From Eledone cirrhosa (lineage: Eukaryota), in NCBI GenBank assembly GCA_964016885.1, contig OZ024765.1:4464001-4528000 (forward strand): a stretch of DNA of 64,000 nt. The letters are read 5' to 3'. The position numbers and the translations under genes are program-made. Positions 40,975 through 55,951 of the stretch are shown piece after piece. The stretch's first letter is position 1. Each line of letters starts with the position of its first letter. The notes under the pieces were generated by a model. The model was not told the origin of the DNA and did no database searches. It was given only the letters and a program-made list of their open reading frames with translations.

Positions 40975-41725
40975 TTCCTGACTGAGACATTCTAACCACA
41001 TGTCCATAGTATCGGAGCTGTGATCTCTCAATTCAGAGAAGTAGCAGCTCTACCTGGAGTGACTCTCTGATCTCTGAGCTACAAATATTTCCAGCAATTC
41101 TTTCCTCAGACATTCTAACCACATGTCCATAGTATCAGAGCTGTGATCTCTCAATTCAGAGAAGTAACAGCTCTACCTGGAGTGACTCTCTGATCTCTGA
41201 GCTTCAAATATTTCCAGCAATTCTTTCCTCAGACATTCTAACCACATGTCCATAGTATCAGAGCTGTGATCTCTCAATTCAGAGAAGTAACAGCTCTACC
41301 TGGAGTGACTCTCTGATCTCCGAGCTTCAAATATTTCCAGCAATTCTTTCCTCAGACATTCTAACCACATGTCCATAGTATCAGAGCTGTGATCTCTCAA
41401 TTCAGAGAAGTAACAGCTCTACCTGGAGTGACTCTCTGATCTCCAAGCTTCAAATATTCCCAGCAATTCTTTCCTCAGACATTCTAACCACATGTCCATA
41501 GTATCAGAGCTGTGATCTCTCAATTCAGAGAAGTAACAGCTCTACCTGGAGTGACTCTCTGATCTCCAAGCTTCAAATATTCCCAGCAATTCTTTCCTCA
41601 GACATTCTAACCACATGTCCATAGTATCAGAGCTGTGATCTCTCAATTCAGAGAAGTAGCAGCTCTACCTGGAGTGACTCTCTGATCACCGATCTACAAT
41701 TCTGTCTAGTTATTCTTTCCTGAGA
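40975..41725 (-). repeat. 123-bp satellite (about 6 copies) made of RTE coding sequence
   Basis: Unit translates to IRESLQVELLLL*IERSQL*YYGHVVRMSEERIAG. Confidence 0.88.
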
Positions 41726-41726
41726 T

Positions 41727-42030
41727 ATACACATACACACATGTACACATACACACATGTACACATACACACATGTACACATACACACATGTACACATAC
41801 ACACATGTACACATACACACATGTACACATATACACACACATATACATACACATACACACATATACACATATACATATGCACACATATACATATACACAC
41901 ATACACACAAACAGACATACACGCTGATACATGCACCCACATGTACACACACCCATACACACACTATACACCACAAATCCACACACATACCTTACAGCAC
42001 ATATGCACACACACACCATACAGCACATAT

Positions 42031-42084
<54 letters not shown>

Positions 42085-42465
42085 ACACAATACACCACAT
42101 ACACACACACACCATAAACACACACACCATACACCACAAACACACACACACACAATACACCACATACACACACATACACACCATACACCACAAACGCACA
42201 CACCCACACAGATACACACACCAAACACCACAAACACACACGCACACACCATACACCACACACACACACACCATACACCACACACACACACACACGCGAT
42301 ACACCACATACACACACACACACACCATACACCACAAACGCACACACCCACACAGATACACACACACACCATACACCACACACACACACACACACCATAC
42401 ACCACACACACACACACCATACACCACACACACACACGATACACCACAAATACATACACACAGTC
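41727..42465. repeat. CA-rich microsatellite
   Basis: Direct reading. Confidence 0.92.
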
Positions 42466-42807
42466 ACAATTATTCACTACTCTCAATAAATACCTAATCA
42501 ATACCTAATCAATCACAAATCTATTTGTAAGAAGGAGTAAAATTCAAATTAAAGTTTTGTCAAGTGTTTACATTCTTTCGAGTATTGTTAAAATAATGTT
42601 GGAGACAAAAGATTTGTCAAATATTTTACAGTGACAGGACTTTCTTTCTCTCCTGTGTGACAACATTTCTGGATAACAAGCTTGGAATATTTAAAGAAAG
42701 TGATTTTTCAAATGTTTTTCTGTGAATTGAGTTTCTTCTGTTATATTATAATACTGCTCTTGAGAAAATATTGTCAACAGTAATAATACCCAATGTGTCA
42801 TTGTATT

Positions 42808-43290
42808 ATCATCATCATCATCATCATCATTTTACGTCTGCTTTTCCCCGCTTGCAAGGCTTGGACGGGTCTTATTCAGCACAGCATCTCTCCATTCGTC
42901 ACGGTCCTTCCTCATCTCCTCTGTGAGTTTCAGCGATCTGAGGTCAGCTCTCACCACCTCCAACCGGTTTTTCGTGGTCTTCCTCTACTTCGTCTTCCTC
43001 CTACTGGGATTTCTTGGCACTTCTTTACCCAGCGGTCATCCTCCATGTACATCACATGTCCATACCATCTCACTCTTCTCTCCCGCACACCACAACTTAT
43101 CCCTCTTATACACAGTTTCTCTCTCAACTCGTCTATGCTTGGTTGTTCACGCACATTGACATTGCACATCCAACAGAGCATGCTTGCTTCATTTCTCTCC
43201 AGCTGTCGCATATCTTCTGCAGTTGCTGCCCATGTCTCACTACCATGCAGCATCGTGCATCTCACACAGGCATCATATAACTGGCCTTTC
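42808..43290 (-). mobile_element. RTE LINE 3' fragment (second subfamily)
   Basis: MLHGSETW...ERRVRWYGHV...GRRSRGRPRKTG, then (ATG)n tail. Confidence 0.88.
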
Positions 43291-44104
43291 GTTCATGTGC
43301 GTGTGAGCATGTAAAGATTCGTGTGTGTGTGTATAGGTGGGCGTGTTTTGGAATATGTTTTGGTATTTCAAAGACTGACATTGGTGTAAACAGAGTATTC
43401 AATACTTAGGGTAGTACAGTTTAGTAGAGTTCCACTAGTTATATATAAACACTATATTAACAACACACCATAGAATTATCAAAACATACATTCCCCAGTT
43501 TGTATAAATGGTAATGCATCCAGTAATCCATATTAATTCTGATTTCACTACAAATCCCAAAGCCAGATCCTAAAGATAGTTAGGTTCCGCAAGGAAAAAC
43601 CCTATTTTGTTCATGGACAGATATATCTCTATATTAGATATTCCAGCTAACAAACACCTGAATTATCCATTATTCATTATATTCCATTAAAATATCCAGA
43701 GCTTCTCTCTGGGGGAAGAAGGCAGTGGGTTAGGTTTCCGTAACCAAATTTCCAGTTAGCAGAAAACCTTATTTAGAAGAAGTGAGAAGGAAAAGTCAAC
43801 AAAATTCTCTAATCAAAAATTCTTCACCAAACATTTCCAGATTTCAAATTCCGTCTCACGAGTAAATATGAAGAATACCGCCAGTTTGGCTGTCAAAAGA
43901 AGACATACAGAAGAGAACATGATGGAAGGGTCTGTTAGCTTTAGTTTCTATAATGCTGTGGACAGCAGAGACTGTTTAATATTGATATGTAACAGATAAG
44001 AATTGAGCTAGAAATGGAGTTCCATTCAACTTAGCTGCCTCTATGTCTTCCATCTTCAAACAACTGCCAAATATTTGCTATGCTGCTCAACAAATATGTC
44101 AAAA

Positions 44105-45010
<906 letters not shown>

Positions 45011-45595
45011 TCATCATCATCATCATCAGGTTTAACGTCCGTGTTCCACGCTTGCATGGGTTTGGACGGGGGTAGTCCCACTTGAGGCAAGAGTGATTGT
45101 CTTGCTCGCATAGGACTGTCTGGCAGGTTTTCTACAGTTGGATGCCCTTCCTAACACCAACCACATTTACAGTGTGGGTCTGGGAGGTTTTTACCGTATT
45201 GCCTACACGGCCACATTACAGCGTGGACTGTGTGTTTTTTTGTCGTGACACCTACACGACCTCATTTGTTTCGGCCTGGATGGCGCGGCACCAACATAAC
45301 TTTACATAGAACGGGGTGGTGTGGATGGGTGGGGGTGGTGGCGGGACGGGGTGTATTTTGTTAGAGATGCCTACTGGCAAGGCGGGTCTTCTCTGTTACT
45401 GAGTACCGCCAAAGGTCTCGGTCCAGTGACATTGTCTTGGAGAGGTGTAAGTGTGTGATGTCGGAGTTTATCAGCTCGTCCCAGGTTTTTCTAGGTCTGC
45501 CTATTCCGTGGCTACCGTCTATCTTTATTGCCCTGCACTTCGTTATACAGCTATCGACTTTCATGCGCATCACGTGTCCATACCAACGTAGCCTT
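45011..45595 (-). mobile_element. RTE LINE 3' end
   Basis: [11 protein letters not shown]...[13 protein letters not shown]...DRDLWR, 3'UTR and (ATG)n tail. Confidence 0.9.
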
Positions 45596-45782
45596 ATATG
45601 TATATATATATATGTATGTATATATCTGTATATATGTATATATATATATGTATGTATATATCTGTATATATGTATATATATATATGTATGTATATATGTG
45701 TATATATGTATATATATGTGTATATATGTATATATATGTGTATATATGTATATATATGTGTATATATGTATATATATGTATG

Positions 45783-45813
<31 letters not shown>

Positions 45814-45958
45814 GTATATGTATATGTATATGTATATATATATATGTATATGTATATATGTGTATATGTATATATATGTATATGTATATATGTGTGTATA
45901 TGTATATATGTGTATATATGTATCTGTATATATGTGTATATATGTATATATATATATG

Positions 45959-45990
<32 letters not shown>

Positions 45991-46053
45991 CAGAAGATCC
46001 TGTTAAGGGTGAAAGCAGCGATTCTTTGCTTAAACTTTAATCTGTTATTTTAA
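45991..46053 (+). ncRNA. Family C hammerhead-like motif lacking the stem I 5' strand
   Basis: CAGAAGA-TCCT-gttaa-GGGT-GAAA-GCA...TGC-TT-AAACT, embedded in (TA)n. Confidence 0.5.
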
Positions 46054-46076
46054 TATATATATATATATATATATAT

Positions 46077-46186
46077 ACATGGCTTAGTGGTTAGAGCATT
46101 GGCCTTGCAATCGAAAGGTTGTGAGTTCAATTCTCAGATTGGGTGATGTGTTGTTTCCCTGAGCAAGACACTTTATTTCAGTTTAC
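46077..46186 (+). mobile_element. CORE-SINE head
   Basis: Same head as 39980. Confidence 0.75.
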
Positions 46187-46454
46187 TCTTCTTCTTCTCC
46201 CCCACCTCTCCCTCCTCCACCGCTCCCTCCCCCTCCTCCACCACTCCCTCCCCATCTCATCCCCCTCCTCATCGCCATCTCCCTCCTCCCACCCATCTCC
46301 ATCCCTCTCCCCTCAGCCCCCCCCCCCCCCCCCCATCCCCCCACTACAGACCTAAACTACTATTTCTTTCTTAAGGCTGTAAAAACAAAAAAAACCAATC
46401 AATCAATCAATCATTTAATCAATGGATCTTCTTCCGTCCCAGTTGTTCAATCAA

Positions 46455-47690
46455 TGGAGACAGCCTGCTCAGGAAATTAATGTGTAAGTGGCTGAGCATT
46501 CCACAGACACTTAACATGATTCTCAGGGAGATTCAGCATGACACAGAGTGTGACAAGGCTGACCCATTGAATTACAGGTACAATCTATCTTGTATTAACA
46601 TAATTCTCAGGGAGATTCAGCCTGACACAGAGTGTGACAAGGCTGACCCATTGAATTACAGGTACAATCTATCTTGTATTAACATAATTCTCAGGGAGAT
46701 TCAGCATGACACAGAGTGTGACAAGGCTGACCCATTGAATTACAGGTACAATCTATCTTGTATTAACATAATTCTCAGGGAGATTCAGCATGACACAGAG
46801 TGTGACAAGGCTGACCCATTGAATTACAGGTACAATCTATCTTGTATTAACATAATTCTCAGGGAGATTCAGCATGACACAGAGTGTGACAAGGCTGACC
46901 CATTGAATTACAGGTACAATCTATCTTGTATTAACATAATTCTCAGGGAGATTCAGCATGACACAGTGTGTGACAAGGCTGACCCATTGAATTACAGGTA
47001 CAATCTATCTTGTATTAACATAATTCTCAGGGAGATTCAGCATGACACAGAGTGTGACAAGGCTGACCCATTGAATTACAGGTACAATCTATCTTGTATT
47101 AACATAATTCTCAGGGAGATTCAGCCTGACACAGTGTGACAAGGCTGACCCATTGAATTACAGGTACAATCTATCTTGTATTAACATAATTCTCAGGGAG
47201 ATTCAGCATGACACAGAGTGTGACAAGGCTGACCCATTGAATTACAGGTACAATCTATCTTGTATTAACATAATTCTCAGGGAGATTCAGCATGACACAG
47301 AGTGTGACAAGGCTGACCCATTGAATTACAGGTACAATCTATCTTGTATTAACATAATTCTCAGGGAGATTCAGCATGACACAGAGTGTGACAAGGCTGA
47401 CCCATTGAATTACAGGTACAATCTATCTTGTATTAACATAATTCTCAGGGAGATTCAGTATGACACAGAGTGTGACAAGGCTGACCCATTGAATTACAGG
47501 TACAATCTATCTTGTATTAACATAATTCTCAGGGAGATTCAGCCTGACACAGTGTGACAAGGCTGACCCATTGAATTACAGGTACAATCTATCTTGTATT
47601 AACTGGAGCAAAATAAAATAAAGTGTCTTGCTCAAGGACACAACATTTCACTAGGAATTGAACCCCGACATAAACTCTCTGACCACTAGT
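46455..47690 (-). mobile_element. CORE-SINE containing an 84-bp tandem array (46511-47603, about 13 copies)
   Basis: The array resumes into ACTGGAGCAA...AAAGTGTCTTGCTCAAGGACACAAC and the B-box complement GGAATTGAACC. Confidence 0.8.
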
Positions 47691-47692
47691 AG

Positions 47693-49235
47693 AAGCACAT
47701 GGCCTTGTGGTAAGGGTGTTGGACTTATGATCATTATGTTTTGGTTTCCATTCCTGGACTGGATTGTGTTGTGTCAAAAACAGTTCATTTCACGTTGTTC
47801 CAGTATACTCAGCTGAAAATGTGTACCAGCAATAGCTGGAGGTGATTGGCATCCCGTTCAGGGGGAAGTCTTGTACTCTGTCGCTTGACCCTTTAGCATT
47901 TACATTACTCTATATATACTATTGTATTGTCACAGTAAAGTCTTTACCTCACATAATATCTCACATAACATTTACATTACTCTATATATACTATTGTATT
48001 GTCACAGTAAAGTCTTTACCTCACATAATATCTCACATAACATTTACATTACTCTATATATACTATTGTATTGTCACAGTAAAGGCTTTACCTCACATAA
48101 TATCTCACATAACATTCACATTACTCTATATATACTATTGTATTGTCACAGTAAAGGCTTTACCTCACATAATATCTCACATAACATTTACATTACTCTA
48201 TATATACTATTGTATTTTCACAGTAAAGTCTTTACCTCACATAATATCTCACATAACATTTACATTACTCTATATATACTATTGTATTTTTACAGTAAAG
48301 GCTTTACCTCACATAATATCTCACATAACATTTACATTACTCTATATATATACTATTGTATTTTCACAGTAAAGGCTTTACCTCACATCATATCTCACAT
48401 AACATTTACATTACTCTATATATACTATTGTATTTTCACAGTAAAGGCTTTACCTCACATAATATCTCACATAACATTTACATTACTCTATATATATACT
48501 ATTGTATTTTCACAGTAAAGGCTTTACCTCACATAATATCTCACATAACATTTACATTACTCTATATATACTATTGTATTTTCACAGTAAAGGCTTTACC
48601 TCACATAATATCTCACATAACATTTACATTACTCTATATATATACTATTGTATTTTCACAGTAAAGGCTTTACCTCACATAATATCTCACATAACATTTA
48701 CATTACTCTATATATACTATTGTATTTTCATAGTAAAGGCTTTACCTCACATAATATCTCACATAACATTTACACTACTCTATATATACTATTGTATTTT
48801 CACAGTAAAGGCTGTACCTCACATAATATCTCACATAACATTTACATTACTCTATATATACTATTGTATTTTCACAGTAAAGGCTTTACCTCACATAATA
48901 TCTCACATAACATTTACATTACTCTATATATACTATTGTATTTTCACAGTAAAGGCTTTACCTCACATAATATCTCACATAACATTTACATTACTCTATA
49001 TATACTATTGTATTTTCACAGTAAAGGCTTTACCTGACATAATATCTCACATAATATCGAATCTATTTTGATGTTATTTATTTTGAGAACAATACCTTAA
49101 CGTCAGTATGAGAGGCCAGTTATGGCCAGTTTGAACAGAAAGAAATGAGACAATTATGGCCGGTTAAATGCTAAAGGGTTGATGCCACAGAAACCAGGAT
49201 AAGCATTGACACGATGAGCTTCTGGGCTCGTGACA
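47693..49235 (+). mobile_element. Diverged SINE split by a MITE
   Basis: tRNA-like head at 47693; ...GTCGC-TTGA [MITE] TTGA-TGCCACAGAAACCAGGATAAGC. Confidence 0.6.
47889..49178. mobile_element. piggyBac-like MITE with TTGA TSD and internal 72-bp array (about 16 copies)
   Basis: TTGA-CCCTTTAGCATTTA...TAAATGCTAAAGGG-TTGA. Confidence 0.82.
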
Positions 49236-49245
49236 AAGTTCAGAC

Positions 49246-49539
49246 CACTTATGGGCAACCTGCAGTCCGCAAAGCCTTCTGAATGGCTCGCCTAAGTCAC
49301 CTAAGTGAAATCTTTCTGATTTTTTTACCCCAACTTTTCAGTCGTAATTTATCTTTCTATCATTTCTGGTCGAGGAAAACAACGTGTACGAATTCTGAAG
49401 AAACAAATCAAATCAAAACAACCTGAGTTACCTCCATTTATTTTAATGTGGACACGAATGTAAATTAGTGCTTGTGGCCCGCCTGATGACGAACCCTATC
49501 TCATGCGGCCCGATTCTCGAAAAAGGTTGCCCATGCCTG
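49246..49539. mobile_element. hAT/Charlie-like MITE
   Basis: CACTTATGGGCAACC...GGTTGCCCATGCCTG; 8-bp flanks GTTCAGAC and CTTTAGAC. Confidence 0.65.
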
Positions 49540-49799
49540 CTTTAGACCCTAATCACTAAGCCACACGCTTTCACAATTAATGATATAGAAACTGTGTTTT
49601 ATTGATTGACTGAATCTCCCACTACACCGAACACAACCACCTCCAGTCAGGGCTCTGTTATTTACCATATTGACTTGTGGTCAGTGTTGTTGATAATGTC
49701 CAAGCTAACACAACACATGACGAGATTGATTTTGTAGGAAACTAGGATTGTTATTAAATTGTTAATAAAAAGGAGACACACATACGGCCAGGAAAGTAA

Positions 49800-51521
49800 A
49801 TATACACACTCACATACATACACACACATACATACACACTCACATACATACACACACATACATACACACTCACATACATACACACTCACATACATACACA
49901 CTCACATACATACACACACATACATACACACTCACATACATACACTCACATACATACACTCACACATACATACACTCACACATACATACACTCACACATA
50001 CATACACTCACACATACATTCACATACATACATACACACTCACATACATACACACTCACATACATACACACTCACATACATACACACTCACATACATACA
50101 CACACATACATACACACTCACATACATACACTCACATACATACACTCACACATACATACACTCACACATACATACACACTCACATACATACACTCACATA
50201 CATACACTCACACATACATACACTCACACATACATACACACACACATACATACACACTCACACATACATACACACTCACACATACATACACTCACACATA
50301 CATACACTCACACATACATACACTCACACATACATACACTCACACATACATACACACTCACATACATACACACACATACATACACACTCACATACATACA
50401 CAAACATACATACACACTCACATACATACACACTCACATACATACACACTCACATACATACACTCACACATACATACACACTCACATACATACACTCACA
50501 CATACATACACACTCACATACATACATACACACTCACATACATACACACACATACATACACACTCACATACATACACACTCACATACATACACACTCACA
50601 TACATACACACTCACATACATACACACTCACATACATACACACTCACATACATACACTCACATACATACACACTCACATACATACACACTCACATACATA
50701 CACACTCACATACATACACTCACACATACATACACTCACACATACATACACTCACACATACATACACACTCACATACATACACACTCACATACATACACA
50801 CACATACATACACACTCACATACATACACACTCACATACATACACACACATATACACACTCACATATATACACACACATATACACACTCACATACATGCA
50901 AACACATAAACACACTCACAGACATACACACACACACTTACACACTCATATAGATGCAAACACACATACACACTCACATACATGCAAACACACACACTCA
51001 TATAGATGCAAACACATATACACACTCACACACATACACACACATACATGCAAACACGTATACACACTCACATACATGCAAACACATAAACACACTCACA
51101 TACACACACACACACACACACTCATATAGATGCAAACACACATACACACTCACACACATACACACACATACACACTCACATACATGCAAACACACATACA
51201 CACTCACATACATACAAACACATATACACACTCATATACATGCAAACACATATACACACTCACATACATGCAAACACATATACACACTCACAGACATACA
51301 CATACACACATGCACACTCACACACATACACACACATACACACTCGAATACATACGCACACAGATAGATGTAAACACATATACACACTCACATAGATCTC
51401 GACACATACACACACACATAGATGCGAACACATATATACACACACAAGCACACATACACACACACAAAATATAGAGGGAAAGAGAGAGAGAGAAAGAGAG
51501 AGAGGCAGAGAGGGAAAGAGA

Positions 51522-51559
<38 letters not shown>

Positions 51560-51700
51560 CAGGGGAAGAAAGAGAAAGAGGCAGAGAGAGAGAGAGACAG
51601 ACAGGCAAAGAGAGAGAGAGAGAAACAGACAGACAAAGAGAAATAGATAGATAGATAGACAGAGAGAGAGAGACAGAGAGTGAGAGAGAGAGACAAAGGG
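49800..51700. repeat. CACATA/CACT then GA microsatellites
   Basis: Direct reading. Confidence 0.93.
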
Positions 51701-51819
51701 GCTGATAGAAAGACAGAGTAAGGGAGAAAGGTGAGAGGAGAGAATTACAGAGGGGTGGGGGGCATTCAGAGTTCGGGGGTAGAGAAGGATTGGGTGTAGT
51801 TGTATTGTATGTTGTTTGA

Positions 51820-51916
<97 letters not shown>

Positions 51917-52098
51917 ATAAAAGCAATGAATAAAAACAAAGAAACAGTTCCTTATATTAAAAATTCATCCTTTTACGATTGTTTCTAGAATATATATGTG
52001 TGTTGGTATGTATATCATATAGATCTATGTAAAAATATTACAAACTATCAGAGGAAATATACATACCTTCACATATATATGCTGTCTTCACAAATGAA

Positions 52099-52131
<33 letters not shown>

Positions 52132-52134
52132 GGA

Positions 52135-52647
52135 AGTTACAGAGTAGGCAGACCCCCCAAAAACCTGGGACGATTTAATAAATTCCGACCTCACACACTT
52201 CCACCTCTCCAAGACAATGTCACTGGACCAAGATCTTTGGCGCTACGCAGTAATACAGAAGACCCGCCTTGCCTAAGTACAAAGCGAAACCTACAGTCAG
52301 TAGGCACCTCTTAACCAAAAATACACCCCCATCTACACCACCCCTTTCTCTGTAAAGTTATGTTGGTACCACAACATCCAGTCCTAAATAAATGAGGTCG
52401 TGTAGGTGTCACGACAAAAAAGCACACAGTCCACGCTGTAATGTGGCCGTGTAGGTAACACAGTAAAAACCTCCCAGTTCACACTGTAAACGTGGTTGGT
52501 GTTAGGAAGGGCATCCAGCTGTAGAAAACCCGCCAGACAGTCCTATGCGAGCAAGACAACAAATCTTGCCTCAAGTGGGACAATTCCCGTCTAAACCCAT
52601 GCTAGCATGGAAGATAGACGTTAAATGATGATGATGATGATGATGAT
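52135..52647 (+). mobile_element. RTE LINE 3' end (diverged)
   Basis: GRPPKTWDDLINSD...DQDLWRYAV; same 3'UTR; (ATG)n. Confidence 0.85.
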
Positions 52648-52769
52648 ATAGTAGAGGTACAAAAGGTAAGTGAATGTTGGAAACATAAGAAAAACGAGGA
52701 AAGAGAGAAAATTACTAAAATTTAAATAATAAATCGAAAGAGGAAATGAGGTTGAAAATGAGAAAAACT

Positions 52770-53123
52770 ATGTATGTGTATGTATATGTGTATGTATGTA
52801 TGTGAATGTATGTGTGTGTATGTGTGTATGTGTATGTATGTATATGTGTGTATGTATATGTGTGTGTATGTGTGTGTATGTATATGTATGTGTAAATGTG
52901 TGTGTATGTATATGTATGTGTAAATGTGTGTGTGTGTGTATGTATGTATGTGTATGTATGTATATGTGTGTGTATGTATATGTCTGTGTGTGTATGTATA
53001 TGTATGTGTAAATGTGTGTGTGTGTGCATGCAATAAAAATATGTAATCACAAAGTAAATATTTATAAAATATTAATCTATTCAAAATATAGATATTCATT
53101 TACATTGACCCTCACAGAGAGAA

Positions 53124-53179
<56 letters not shown>

Positions 53180-53450
53180 ATATATGTAATATATATATAT
53201 ATATGTAATATATATATATATGTGTGTGTGTATATATGTAATATATATATATATATGTAATATATATATATATATGTGTGTGTATATATGTAATATATAA
53301 ATATATGTAATATATATATATATATATATATGTGTGTGTATATATGTAATATATATATATATGTGTGTGTGTATATATGTAATATATATATATATATGTA
53401 ATATATATATATATATGTGTGTGTATATATGTAATATATAAATATATGTA

Positions 53451-53486
<36 letters not shown>

Positions 53487-53835
53487 ATATATGTAATATA
53501 TAAATATATGTAATATATATATATATATATATATGTGTGTGTATATATGTAATATATAAATATATATGTAATATATATATATATGTGTGTGTGTATATAT
53601 GTAATATATATATATATGTAATATATATATATATGTGTATATATGTAATATATATATATATGTAATATATATATATATGTATATGTGTATATATGTAATA
53701 TATATATATATATGTAATATATATATATTACATATATATATTATATATATTACATATATATATTATATGTATTATATATATATGTAATATATATATATGT
53801 AATATATATATATATATGTTTGTAATATATATATG

Positions 53836-53867
<32 letters not shown>

Positions 53868-54030
53868 GTTGTGTGTGTGTGTGTATATATATGTATATGT
53901 GTATATATGTAATATATATGTATATATATACATATATATACATATATATATATATACATATATATATGTGTGTGTGTGTGTATATATGTATATGTGTATA
54001 TATGTAATATATATATAAGTATATATATAT
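52770..54030. repeat. TA/TG microsatellites
   Basis: Direct reading. Confidence 0.92.
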
Positions 54031-54150
54031 TCATTAGTTAAGCAAAACAAGACCACAAATTTCACAAGGAAGACATTATTAAAAGATTGTCAACATATTT
54101 TAGTTTGATGTAAGGAATGTAGAGAATAAAATAATAATATTAATAATAAT

Positions 54151-54625
54151 AATGTCCGTTTACAATTGTTTCGCTACTCCATATAATATTTCTGGATCAG
54201 ATGACTATATATCATTATTGAGCTGGTTCAGTTGAAAATAATTAACATATTTAAAAACAGAGCAGCTCATCGGAACTTCAAAGGAATATAAATTAAAATA
54301 AGGAGAGAATGTTACATAATGTAATGTTCCATATATTGGTTACCCATAGGCAGATCTCACACAATGCAGCCTCGACAGATGAATAGTGCTTGATTATGGC
54401 TGACAACTGATACAACCAGGACACCATAGTGAAATACCAATATATGGAACATTACATTATGTAACATTCTCTCCTTATTTTAATTTATATTCCTTTGAAG
54501 TTCCGATGAGCTGCTCTGTTTTTAAATATGTTAATTATTTTCAACTGAACCAGATCAATAATGATATATAGTCATCTGATCCAGAAATATTATATGGAGT
54601 AGCGAAACAATTGTAAACGGACATT
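54151..54625. mobile_element. Fold-back element with 190-bp arms, each carrying an HHR-like motif
   Basis: Arms 54151-54340 and 54436-54625, 95-nt spacer. Confidence 0.8.
54491..54621 (+). ncRNA. Hammerhead-like motif with CCGAUGA core and about 94-nt stem II domain
   Basis: GTT-CCGATGA(54503)-GCTGCTCTGT...ATGGAGTAGC-GAAA(54604)-CAATTG-TA-AAC; TCC/GGA extension; mirror copy on the minus strand. Confidence 0.65.
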
Positions 54626-54723
54626 TTTATTAAAGCGGTGGATATTGAGTTTCGTCATATCTTATTCACTGCTATGACTGAATTTTAACCATCCACTTAG
54701 TCAAGGTATGTCAAACATCATCT

Positions 54724-54790
54724 TGTTTTATCTGATGAGGACGTACTGTTGAAGATAGCTAAGTGCCTCTGAAATATGTATAATAAAATA
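54724..54790 (+). ncRNA. Type I hammerhead ribozyme motif
   Basis: TGTTTTAT-CTGATGA-GGACGTACT...AGTGCCTCT-GAAA-TATGTA-TA-ATAAAATA. Confidence 0.85.
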
Positions 54791-54962
54791 TACTTGATCA
54801 CACGAATGTCTATTTGTGTTAATATTAATAACTGCGGAAAACCCATCTGTGGAGTACTTCTAATCTATTGTAAAACTTTATTCATTGAACCTTGTTTAAC
54901 CTTTAAATATATATATTTATATATAAGGGACTAATGTAAGTTTTTATCTCAATATTTACTTT

Positions 54963-55013
<51 letters not shown>

Positions 55014-55182
55014 CAGGGAAAAGCGGACGTAAAATGATGATGATGATGCTGATGATATATATGTGTATGCATGTATATATATCATCATGCGCGCTAAACG
55101 ATTATGATATATATGTATATATATACACATATATATCTATATATATATACACACATATATATATATATATATACACACACAT

Positions 55183-55213
<31 letters not shown>

Positions 55214-55285
55214 CATAACTATTATCTTATCATGACTTTGGATTTTGGTCTTTGATCTTCATATAATGTATATATACACAAACAT

Positions 55286-55338
<53 letters not shown>

Positions 55339-55341
<3 letters not shown>

Positions 55342-55435
55342 ATAATAATAAATTTGAAGACTAAAATCCAAAGAGGGTTCCATAAGGATAAATATATATC
55401 AAATATATAAGAACCGTAATCTGTTATTTTAATAA
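55339..55435 (-). mobile_element. Family C element 3' tail
   Basis: Same tail, joined to a short inverted piece aatctgttattttaataaat. Confidence 0.65.
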
Positions 55436-55951
55436 ATATATATATATATATATATATTTATTAAAATAACAGATTTATTTATATATATGAATAAAGTTAG
55501 TCCTTCATCAGTGATCTTCCAACCATCATTGGTATTATATATATATCTCCCTGTAACATGAAAATGAATGTCTTTTGTGTTGTTAGTTTTTCTATATAAA
55601 ACAGTATTATTTGAATATTTAGTGAATTACATTGATAATATATAATATAGAATGGAGTCGAGGTTTAGAAGTTTATATAGCAAGATATCATATGATGTAG
55701 CAGAATTGAGAGGAGAAGAATATACTGCACTAACTCAATATTTCTTGTCTTAATCTCTTCTACATCTAATGTGCCTTTTAGGGATTGTTAGCATGCAATC
55801 TATGTTATATATTTGTGTGTGTACCTCTATGTGTGTCTATATATATAATGTCTATATATATATATATATAATGTCTATATATATATATAATGTCTATATA
55901 TATAATGTCTATATATATATATATAATGTCTATATATATAATGTATATATA

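Noticed and set aside
43500-44100. Unique region as a decayed Penelope RT/GIY-YIG or host exon
   Set aside because: Only faint motif resemblance, with multiple stops; needs tBLASTx.
46480-47557. 28-aa repeat protein ORFs
   Set aside because: Product of an 84-bp SINE-derived array; broken by 2-bp deletions.
49482-49525. CTGATGAC...CGAAA as a hammerhead
   Set aside because: Stems do not pair; it lies in a hAT-like subterminal region.
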